Source of the DNA: Phoronis australis
Taxonomy: Eukaryota > Animalia > Phoronida
Direction: 5' to 3'
DNA length: 59,758 bases
NCBI GenBank assembly: GCA_002633005.1
Contig: NMRA01000431.1
Location: 1-59,758 of the forward strand
The notes beneath the pieces are model-generated. The model made no database searches and was not told the origin of the DNA. It saw only the letters and a list, made by a program, of their open reading frames with translations. Below, in pieces: positions 10,801 to 22,800 of this stretch. The first letter of the stretch is position 1. Every line of letters starts with the position of its first letter. The position numbers and the translations under genes were made by a program.

Positions 10801-13800
10801 AGAGAGATCGTGTGATTATCAAAGCATGAACAAACCTTCATGAACAAACCTTCATGAATAAACAGGCAAAATTGGATATTAAAATATCTACCAATATCAT
10901 TGTTGTGTTTACTGCTTTTATAGTTTTTAATGTTTACTACAAAACATATAATGTACAACAAATGAAGTTAAGCCCACAAAGCATTACATCAGGAAACTGC
11001 TATATAAAGTTATTTTTGGATATTTCAAACAATTGTCATGGTCATAAGGTGGATGGCTACAAAGATGTTTTGATTCTGCTCGTCAGTTCTACTACACTTT
11101 GAGAAAGTCTAATGCTCTAGTCACAACTGCTTAGTAACAGGTTTCAGCAAGTGTACAGCGTATATAACATAAACACCTGGTTAAGACAATAACAGTGTAA
11201 AATCTACCTCTGCCATTGAGTTCTGTATAGGTGTCCCTGTTAGCAGAAGACGGTTACGACAGCTGAATCCAAGTAGAGTCTTCCAACGGGCACTGTAATA
11301 GACAACAACCTTATTTCACACTGAATTACTTGGTAATTTCAAAAAGATACCTCACAATGCTGCACAGTAGAAATATTTGCTTTGACAACTACGGCATTAA
11401 TGATTTAAAGTGCATAACATAAACTAGCTGGTGTTGGTAAAAATCTGATGAACAATGTAACCGTCACTAATCTGGAACTACTTGTGCCAGCCTAAGCCTA
11501 GTAAAGTGCCATGTGCAATTGAGTGATTTGCTGAAAGTACTTGATGTTCTCAACCTCTCGCCCATGGTCACGTCCCACCTTTCTTCTCCCACTCACCTCA
11601 TTCTGGACAATGTACTATCATGCTTTAAGTCCTGGGGCCATAGTCACGTGGCCCCAATGCCAAACCATCTACCATACCGCTCACTCACCTGGAACTACTT
11701 TTGAGAGCTTGCGCCTCATCGAGGACCATGTACTGCCATTTGATTCGCTGGAAGTATTTGACGTCCTGGATCACAAGCTGGTAACTCGTGATGATCACAT
11801 GGAATGACGCTTCTGCTGTGTGTAAATGGCTCTGGTTCCAGAACTTGCGAAGGATTCGACGATCCTGTGTGTTACCCCAGTAAGGCACAACCTAGGTAGA
11901 AAACATTCTTGAATAGATTAACTTTATCAATAATTCAATCAGAGTATGGGACTAACAGTGATACTAAAATAATGACAAACAAATAAGTCGATTAAAACTT
12001 ACTGAAATTTTGGAGGAAATGTGTACAAAATCTGTTTGTTAATTGGCTTCCAATAACTTTCCGATTTATTTTCTGTTTTCTGTAGTTCAGCTCATGAACA
12101 CGTGTTCCGACATTAACAAAAACTTTTGACCAATTACCAGTCGTTTTCACTTAAATTTTAGCAGCAACTCAATTTGTGCCTCAAAATTAAAAAAATTCCC
12201 CCACAAATGCACTGCAAACGGTATGCTTCTAGGGTGTTTATTTTGATAATGAAAAATGGCCACTGGATGGTGAAAAATACTTGGAATCCACCAAAAATTG
12301 GGTAAATGTCGCTATTACCAAATTTCATGAAAATCTGTCCAGGAACTTTAGAGAAACAGACCAAAACGAAAAAGGTGAAATTGCCACTAGGAGGCAAAGT
12401 GTTTGCCGGATCTGTCTGAAAGTTGTCGACTTCCGTTGTCAACTTCACATAATTACACTTGCTAAATTTAATAAAGATCCTGAAGAGGGCTGTTGTGAAA
12501 TGTGCTTCCGGTGGATCATATATGAGCCTCTGTTAGCCACTTGCTAACGGGCAATTGCCTATTAGCTGAATGGTTAGCACACTCGCCGGTTAAATCGGGG
12601 TCGCTGGTTCGATTCCCGAGGTCGGGCAAACTCGGCTATTACGACAGGGCTTATCAGACACAGCTAAGGGGGCAAAAAAAAAAACTGCCGCAGCGCCATA
12701 GCAATTGAAGTCGGAAAATCATCTTAAACCATTCTCTTCACTCTAAGAACATATAAACCAATTTTCACAATCATCCTACCAGTGGTTTGGTTGACAGAGG
12801 GCGGACGCCAAAAGCAGACAAGAAAACAGTAAAAATGGCCACTAGATGGTGCAAAATATGTTGAATCCGTCTAAAAACCGGAAATGTTACCATTTCTTTA
12901 AAAGACAGCTATTTACCAAATTTCATGAAAATTCGTCGAGGAACTTCAGAGAAACAGAGGAAAGTAGAAAAAAATGAAATTGCACAGAGGTCATCGGATC
13001 CATCTGAAAGTTGTCGCCTTCCATTGTTAACTTCATGCTAAATTTAATAAAGATCCTGCAGAGGGCTTAGGAGATACAAGTATGGGCGCAAAAAACAAAA
13101 CAAAAAACTGCCACTAGGAGGCGCCACAGTGGTCGAAGTCGTCGGATAATCATTGTATTGATATGTGCTACCAAGTGCATTAGAAACTGAAAGAAAAACT
13201 TGTGTTCATTTCTGAAAATATTTTCACAGTGGTTGGTTCCATTTGAATATCAAACTCAGGTGTGCAGGCTCTCCTCACTAGGAAGACATAGGACAAATTT
13301 GGTAAAAATCCATCAAAAATTTGGTAGATGTAAAGACAGACACAATGACAATTTGTGAAAAGGGTGCACCACGTTTGTGAAAAGGGTGCACCACATTTTT
13401 AAAATCTGCCCTAACATCAGCACCAGATGTTCCTTTCTAAATATGAATACACATTGCCAAATTTCATGGAAATCGATTAAAGAATTTGGTAAATACTGAG
13501 GCAAATACATGGAAAACTAATAAAATTGCCACTAGGAAACACAGCGGTAGTCGGATGAATCTGAAAGAGGTCGTCAGCCATTGTCATGTTCATAGAAATA
13601 CACTACTTGCTACACTTCACTACAATCCTGCAAGGGTTCAGGGGATACAGCCGTGGATGCCGGACAGAGACGATGGCAATATGCGATCACTTACAAATGC
13701 AGACCTGTGTACCACCAAAACTGCATTGGAGTACTCTGAACACCAGATTTGCAGATTTTTCAGCAAATTTGCAGATTTTCCCGTACAGACCAAATTTACC

Positions 13801-16800
13801 CTATAATATAGGGGGTGGGGTTTGAATTTTTAGCAGTGGACCTTTCACTAACTACAAAAAAACAACAATGGATTTGCCCAGCGTTCAGAGCTTTCGCCGA
13901 ATTCTTGTCTCTTTAGTGAACTTTTGTCTAGTTTTCTCGGACTTTTGGTTTCTCTCAGCACCTTTTTGCCCACTTTGCCAAATGGAGAACTCATTCAAGC
14001 CCCCCCCTGGGTTCGCGCATGGGTACTTTTCCTACTTACTTGCCTATGAAACAGTTTCCAAAATGCACACAGTGAATTCACCACCAATTTTCAGAATAAT
14101 TTCAGTTGTTTAGTTGAGGGACAACGCGCTTAGCGAAAAGATCCTGTTTATGAATAGAAAATGTCCTTACTGAACTTAGTTATGTTAATACATGCCTAAT
14201 GTTCACCTCATTTTTTAACAAAAAACATACCTGCAAAAATGTGTTGATGAACCTGAACTGGACAATGTTTTGCACCAGACGATATTTTCTTAACCATTCA
14301 CAAAAGTTTTGAATAATTATTCATTGGAAGTGCCTGTGAACACGTACAACCGTACTGCATGCAAAATGATCTCGAGGCTCGACTGTGGCTCGAGTATTAT
14401 TGTCAGCTCAACATGCTACGAAGTCAGTGCAGTCACCATGTCCGCTATACAACTTACAGTATAAATTCCACGGTCCCTTGAATAAGACATTGTCATTCTT
14501 TACAAATAACGGGGCAAAACAGATGTTCCCTTCTTTCAGAAGGTACTTTCTTCACAGCTCCGATTATGCGACCACTCATGCTTTGCCATTTTGTCAACAG
14601 TACGTATTTAACCGTAAATAGCCAGAATTAGACGAAGTAAGCAATCCACAAACCACAGAAGTCGTTGCTTATAGGTTAGGCCTGTGACACACATACCGAT
14701 AGAAGAGGCCTCGCAATTCACCAATTATCAGGCTATTTCGAGAATGAAATGAAGCAACTTTTTGGCTAAAATGATTATTTTACAATATTTTTTAACTTAT
14801 AACTTTAAAATCTTATTCCTTGTCCATTTCGACAAAAATTAGGCGTATTTATTGAGAAACAAGCGAATTAATCTCTTGAATTTGCGTATTTTTGCCTGGC
14901 CGTGCGTACATGCAAACTGTAGGCTTGATTTCCATACGAATCTGCACTTTTTGCTTATGGTACACAGGTCTGTAAATATGTGGTGCAAAAATGACAGCTT
15001 TTACAACTTTCAGGTAACAGGACACAACACTTTCCAGTTGACATACCTTTAACTTTGGGATGAACCGAGCACACTCCTGTTGCCAGTTGTGCAGAGTGGA
15101 TGCAGGTGCCACCACCAGGAATGGACCCCAGATGCCAAGGTTCTGAAAGGAGGGCACATGGTAACAGACTGTAATCTGTGAAGCCTTGAATAATGTAAGT
15201 GTTGATATTCAATGGTGAGACAGAGCCTGTTCACAGTGGTCAGTCTTCCTCTCCCACAAGGTACAACAGCATTCCCACTAACAGCCTCTTTATGAACACA
15301 AGTTCCATTCCACAGATCTTATTTCACAAGTGAAACCTAAGATACACTGGCAGATCTGGGATGTCGTAAGGGGGGAGGCTAACCAGTCTAGAAAGGTAAA
15401 ATGTTTGTTTCACCCATAAAAATGGCATGCCGTTCAAGTTTTTGTGTTCCCCGGGGCCTCCTCTGAAACTGCCTATATAGAAGCAATGCAATGCAGTTGA
15501 TGTATGACACACAATGGCAGACTAGCAAATGATCATGTGGAACTGATGACTCATACGCCCATCATAGAGGAGGTAAGTTCATCGAGTGCAAAACACCTGA
15601 GCAAAGAAGTGAACCTTCATTTCCAGATTCCGTGAACAACCAAGTGACAGCAAACGTCAATGGTCCAGTACGACCATGTGTCAATACTTAGTCTCTCAAA
15701 ACAAAACTTGAGAAAGAAGTGCTTTATATTACATTCCACAAAAACAAAAGCCGACTCCTCTTACCTCAGCCAGGTGAGCCAACAAGGCCATGCTTTGGAT
15801 CGTTTTACCAAGACCCATCTCATCAGCCAGGATCCCATTGATGCCTTGATTGTAGAGGTTCACAAGCCAATTCATACCCTGACCAAGACAAAATGATCAA
15901 AGCATTTACCAAACAAATTGAACTGGTTTAAACATCTCATAAGACAAACGGAATTCATTACCAATTGACTAGTCAAATAACAACAAATGCAAACAAGTCA
16001 TGTGTCAGCAATCTGTTGAAGTTAAATATTCCATCAGAAATATAAGAAATTCAAATAGAAAGCATTATGTGATATATAGGAGTTAGCAAACATTTAGTGA
16101 TCTATTCCCAATAGCTAATTGACTAACAGCTCTAAATAGTACCATATACAACAAATACATACTTTGAGCTGATATCCTTTCAACTTCCCTTCAAATATGC
16201 TGGGTTGGGGCTGATCAGCTTCAGTGCTGATGGCTGGGTTGGCAAATGAAGAGTAGCCAGCTAAAAAGTCCAACATAACTGAATGAGAGTGACTGCATTC
16301 AAAAGCACTTAAGCAGACATTGCACTAAATGAGCACAAATCTTCCACATAAGTGATTGTGACACTTACATACAACATTACAGTGGGGAAGTGCTAGCAAA
16401 AAATGTTTTAACAGCGTAAAACATTCAAAATTACGAGATTACAATGCCAGGTGATTGTCAACTTTTAACACTGTATCCCAAAATTAAATGATGAAATTGT
16501 ACAAGGTTTAGGAGAGCATTCTTAGAAGAAAAGGTTTCCTTGAAAGTTGGCATGTGGCCAGGATATTACCTCTGGCCAATTGGCATGTGGCCAGGATATT
16601 ACCTCTGGCCAATTGGCATATGGCCAGGATATTACCTCTGGCCAATTGGCATGAGGCCAGGATATTACCTCTGGCCAATTGGCATGTGGCCAGGATATTA
16701 CCTCTGGCCAATTGGCATGTGGCCAGGATATTACCTCTGGCCAATTGGCATGTGGCCAGGATATTACCTCTGGCCAATTGGCATGTGGCCAGGATATTAC

Positions 16801-19800
16801 CTCTGGCCAATTGGCATGTGGCCAGGATATTACCTCTGGCCAATTGGCATGTGGCCAGGATATTACCTCTGGCCAATTGGCATGTGGCCAGGATATTACC
16901 TCTGGCCAATTGGCATGTGGCCAGGATATTACCTCTGGCCAATTGGCATGTGGCCAGGATATTACCTCTGGCCAATTGGCATGTGGCCAGGATATTACCT
17001 CTGGCCAATTGGCATGTGGCCAGGATATTACCTCTGGCCAATTGGCATGTGGCCAGGATATTACCTCTGGCCAATTGGCATGTGGCCAGGATATTACCTC
17101 TGGCCAATTGGCATGTGGCCAGGATATTACCTCTGGCCAATTGGCATGTGGCCAGGATATTACCTCTGGCCAATTGGCATGTGGCCAGGATATTACCTCT
17201 GGCCAATTGGCATGTGGCCAGGATATTACCTCTGGCCAATTGGCATGTGGCCAGGATATTACCTCTGGCCAATTGGCATGTGGCCAGGATATTACCTCTG
17301 GCCAATTGGCATGTGGCCAGGATATTACCTCTGGCCAATTGGCATGTGGCCAGGATATTACCTCTGGCCAATTGGCATGTGGCCAGGATATTACCTCTGG
17401 CCAATTGGCATGTGGCCAGGATATTACCTCTGGCCAATTGGCATGTGGCCAGGATATTACCTCTGGCCAATTGGCATGTGGCCAGGATATTACCTCTGGC
17501 CAATTGGCATGTGGCCAGGATATTACCTCTGGCCAATTGGCATGTGGCCAGGATATTACCTCTGGCCAATTGGCATGTGGCCAGGATATTACCTCTGGCC
17601 AATTGGCATGTGGCCAGGATATTACCTCTGGCCAATTGGCATGTGGCCAGGATATTACCTCTGGCCAATTGGCATGTGGCCAGGATATTGCTAATCACAT
17701 CATTTTTGGCCAAAGTACGATTTATAAAACAGAAAATTGCCGCACAAAAAAAGAAGTTCATGTTAACTCAACGTTTCGTCTTATTCAACAAGACATCATC
17801 TGGATATGTACAGTAGAACAACAAGTGTCGATATTCTTTCACATCCATGTGGTGAAATAAGAGTGAGAGATACAGAGAAAGTAAGTGGGTCATTACAATA
17901 GTTGCAGGGTCACTGAGCTCTGCATGTTATTGAGAGAATCAGTAGCATGCTGATCCTGAATGGCCAATGACTCCTTGATATACAGTAATTCCTTAGCACG
18001 TTCTTTACAAATAATACTAACTGAATTGGCTTGATAGTTGTTGCTAATACAATGCCTATAAATGTTACTTTTGTCAGATGTGTTGTGTTCTTTCAGCCTG
18101 TCCCAGAGGCGTCTCTGGGTGAGTCCAAAATAGAATTCAGTTGTCACATTAAACCTTATACACAACATTGCTTCTATTTAATAAAGGGGTGGGTGATTTC
18201 AGTTTACAAAGCATATTGGAAAGTTTGCGAAGAGGTTTGAAAACAACTATTAGTTCAACGGCTGGGTTTATACAATGCATAAGTCGAGATAACTGACTGT
18301 ACATATCCTGATGATGTCTTGTTAAATAAGACAAAACGTTGAGATAACATGAACTTCTTTATTTGTCCGTTTTCTAATAGGCCAGGATATTATCTCTGGT
18401 CAATTGCTTTTCTCACATTAAACGTGAACTTAGGTGTAAGACTCAGATATGGCCAGAGATGAACAGTTGCAACACACGAGTGCAGCAACAGAGTGTAGCA
18501 AAATTTTTTCAGCAATACAGAACCGATAACTTGACCCAAACACATCCGAACAGAAATCTAACACAGTGGAGGAAGAGTAATAGTCTTTTGTTTGAGTTAA
18601 TTTATGTCCACCAGGGGGCATTGTCGGTAATTGTCTTTTTGGACAATTTCCCAACAGCATTGTAAATATTACATTAATAAATAAATAAATAAATTGTAAT
18701 ACTGGTTTACTCCTGCCCATAATTGTTCCTTTGGCTGTGTTTATCTAGCTACTGCACTGAACCGATCAGAATAGTGTTTTGAAAAGATCAGCATCTATTT
18801 GAAGCAATTTAGATAGTGAATAGTTTTTATTTAAGCACAATTTTGTATGATACTGATTGTACTGTGCAAATAGCTCACTACCATGTTTTTATATGAACGT
18901 CATGTATCAACTACTTACACAAAGCAGTCGATGAAGGTGGTGTCTTGGCAAACTCTGTGTCATAGGCTTGAGTCTGGAATAAATAAATATACACTTGTGA
19001 AGACTGAAAGACTGAACATTTCCTTTACACAACATATTACAGGAGAGGACATCAAGCTGCATCACACACAAATGTTCATTTTTATTTCTCTTGACTTTTC
19101 CTAAACTAATCAATTTGCATTTTGCTTTATCATCAACACTTTTGTTAGGATTTTCCCATGTACTCATAAAGACTCAGCAACTTTTTGGACAGTATAAACA
19201 GAGACTAAAATCAACAATACATATGTTCAAAGTGAGCACAAGATGAAAAATAATGGTGTAATTTCTAAGAACAAAGTATTCCACATTATCATCATAATCA
19301 TTCAGATAAGAACACATAATGCATAGACAACAACTCACAACTTGGTGTTGCTTGGCCAGGGCATCCTCAGCATTCTGCAAGGCCACAGATTTTATCTGAG
19401 TTTCATCTGCAAATGAAAACAAATACTATACTAAAAAGGCAGTTCTAGAAAGGCACTTCTAGAAAGCTGCATCCAGCAACATGCCACAAATGGTCTCAAG
19501 ATGTTTAAGGGCTCCTATTACTAGGGATCTTTGTAAGACTCCTGACAGGGACTCTTTCATTATCATTTGGCATGCCTTGCACATGGCAAATGAACAGAGA
19601 ATGTGGGTTAAATGTCATAAGTGTTTCAATTTTGACCCATAAAGCACTGCTAAGGGTATCTCAAGTGGTTATCTTGTCACCAAAGGCATCACCAGACTTC
19701 TGCTTTAGTAACATATCTGTGAATGTTTGGTTCTTCCAGCCCATGACCAATCAGGCTGCGACCATTCCCACTTTCTTCTGAAAGAGACCCCTGGCAACGT

Positions 19801-22800
19801 TTTTGGACACAAAATACCTTCGCAAAATTAAAACGGATGTCTTCGGTGCCCAAATTCAAGTGAGCCTTTCAAGAGTAATGCCAAAGTAAGCCATTAAGCA
19901 AAATACAAGTAAGTACAATTATGTAAATGAAAGTTGTTTCGCAAATTCTCATTCATCAAATTTACCACACCTAGAGAGCCACACTTCACAAAGTAGGCTG
20001 CTTAGCTATGTGGTCACAATAAAAATGAATTTAAATCCAAAGCACTTTCAAGCCAACGAGTCAAAACGCACTAAACACTACAAAAATCACCAGGTCGTCA
20101 TTTGCAACCCGGCCAAAATCTCAGGTCACTCTTACAGGTGCCAACGTGTAATTCATAGGAAGGACAAATCGCCCCTGGTGGCAGTTTTCATTTGAATTTA
20201 GTTTGGCGACTCCTAAGTTAACTAATTATGTCAGGGTATTTTTAAAACAGTGGGGTTCACAAGAGTTGGCTCTGTAGTCATCGGTTATGCACAGACAAGT
20301 ATAGAGCTCAGCTTGCATGAGTTGGAACTTCCAAGTCGACTAGTGCGAGTTGGCCAAAATCTCAGCTAGCATTTCCGAATTTCACGTCATTATGTCCCAC
20401 CTTGAATTCTATGACCGATTCCAAACAATAATTTAGTTGGCGCTGTGCCAAGAGAACTTTTCAGGTGAAAGAAGTTGATTAAAAAGCATAGTGACACACC
20501 ATAATCATCTTCCAGGTCATAGGTCAACAACCCGCCATCCACCTGGCGCTCTCCCTGCAGGGGGTCCTCCTCCAGTCTACTCAAGATAGCCTCTTTGTCG
20601 GCCTCAGTCGCACCCGTCATCTTGCGACTCATAAAGTGAGCGTACAACTCTGTCTGTGTAATCAGGAAGTTTAACTTTCTCTGCTGTCGGCGAGCCTGTC
20701 ACAGAACAACACAACAATGGAATCATATAACATTTAGAAGTAAAATAAAACAATCGCTGTACATGTTTCAAATGCTTATAGCCTAACAATGACAACAAAT
20801 AAACTATTATACAGTCGGAGTTAATGACCTACAACTGTAAAGTCAATCATGTGAATAAATAGTTTCTACAAACCATGGAAAAAAATAATTCTCCAGTCTT
20901 GCACTTACACTCATGTGAAAGTATTTTGCCAAATGACACTCGAGTTAAAAGTACAGTGGATCCTGCTTAATTTCATACTGTTGGTTTCCACGTAAATTAC
21001 GTAACAAAAGGGATAAGTGGGTTCTGATTTGGCAACAATCACAACCACTGTGATAAGCTCATCATGGTAAGAAGAAGATAATTAGAGCCTCTATAGACGC
21101 GTAATATGAATGCATGCTAAGTGATGTCTGAGATAATTAGAGCCTCTATAGACGCGTAATATGAATGCATGCTAAGTGATGCCTGTCATGTATCGAGTTA
21201 TCAAGGATGTTTTGTTATTTATTAGATTACTCGCATGATACTTAACAATGTCCTATATTTACACACAGCTTATATATTTACACACAAAATGTCCCATACA
21301 GTTTGAAATTATTCTTATTTGGAAGTCCGAGTAAACGCGAGCTGAACAAAATACAACTGATTTTTACCACCGGTGCCATAGCTTTTAGATAGAAAGGCAA
21401 AAGTACACATGACAATATCCAGGAATATCATAATAAATCATGACATTTACGCAACTTATTTTACATGGGTAGAAATAGGAAATGATTTTTTGACACTCCA
21501 CTGAAATAACCAGGAGATTCTATTATCCAATATTATAACAAATGGGCTCCATCATACAAATATTTCCTAAGCAAAAACTGCTTACCTATATCTCTGTCAA
21601 TATTTTTACAAAGACAATCTATTTTCACCAGAGAACAATCATGTCCAGTTACAATATTCTTGCAGACAATAGCAAAACTAACCTCTAGCAAGTTAAGGTC
21701 AAGTTTCCGTTGTTCTTGAGCCTCTTTGTGAACTCTTTTCCTGTGTTCTTTCTCCACCTTTTCAAACCGCTTCCAGTAAGTCATCATTTCACGAGTCAGC
21801 CTCCTCGCACGTAAAGGCGTCTCTCTCATGTTCTTCTGTGACTGAATGGCACTTCGCCGAGATTCCTTCATACACTGATGAGCTAGCTACAAACAGCAGA
21901 GTATGATTTGATAGCAACTTGTATACAAGACATTGACCCATGGACAGGTAATAGTGAGGTGATTGTGGCTGTGATGTTTGAAACCTTGCTTGTTTTTGAC
22001 ACAAGGCACACTATCCTCAACTAGAGTACACATGCAATATTTTAGAAAAATCCATCCAGAAACTCTGCAGATATTGAAGTACAAGCAAAAACAAATTTCC
22101 CAATAGAGGGTGTCACTGCAGTTTGGCCCTTATAAAAACCTACACCAGTCACGATAAGCTCAACAGGAACACATATGTAACATCTTATAAAGCACCTTGA
22201 TGGAGATACAGGAATCATAAATAGACCCAAACATAACAAGAGCAATGCAAAGCGTTGAAATGCACCCACAAATGGTGTGCTTCTGGGGGTGTTTACTAGT
22301 ATCATTAAACTGGCCACCAGATGGCGCAGAATACGCTGACCCTGTCCAAAAATAGGAAGGCATCGTCATTTCGTAAGTAGGAAACTATTTGCCAAAGTTC
22401 ATGAAAGTCCGTAAAGGAAATCCAAAGATACTGAGGCAAATGAAAAAAAAACAGAAAGCACACTGTCAATTTTTTTACAAATTCAGAAATTACTTCTCAC
22501 CTGAACAAACTGAGACCAATTTCATAGCAGTGAGAGGTTTAAATCAAAAGTTCATTTCTTAGACTAACGTGGGTTTACAGCCGCAGTAATGAGGAACAGA
22601 GCTAAATGCACCTTTATGCTCTAAGACATTGTTTTTAAATTAAAATTTTTCTTGATATTCAATGTGTAGGTTTGGCTGCAACATTTACACAGTAAAACAA
22701 TATGAATACCGGCCTCACCTTCTTAGCCATAGACAGCATCTCCTTTCTGGCTGAGGCTTTCTGTTTGTACGCTTTGGGGATTTCCTTCTTGGCGATTGTG

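Larger units (their letters stand above)
12195..14990 (-). mobile_element. Second, diverged HINE copy interrupted by two later insertions
   Basis: Same GCCACTAG / CCAAATTTCATGAAAAT / AAAGATCCTG units as 4063-5586; terminal hairpin split by the 13700-14972 element. Confidence 0.75.
17690..18378 (-). mobile_element. Decayed Penelope-like retroelement (GIY-YIG endonuclease remnant, inverted pLTR arms)
   Basis: Minus-strand ...[21 protein letters not shown] / [18 protein letters not shown]...SNIYRHC...LYIKESLAI...[13 protein letters not shown], with a stop and a frameshift; ~75-bp inverted arms at ~17740-17814 and 18296-18370. Confidence 0.88.

Noticed and set aside
8948-10822. CRISPR-like array of ~29-bp repeats
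   Set aside because: The repeats are head-to-tail with no unique spacers, there are no cas genes, and the context is a eukaryotic intron.
12557-12628. Genuine tRNA gene
   Set aside because: It has A/B boxes but no clean anticodon or acceptor arms, and it sits within a TG...CA unit with a TSD; treated as part of an LTR.
16508-17860. Four 384-420 aa ORFs on both strands
   Set aside because: They arise from a stop-free 33-bp satellite inside an INO80 intron and have no unique coding content.
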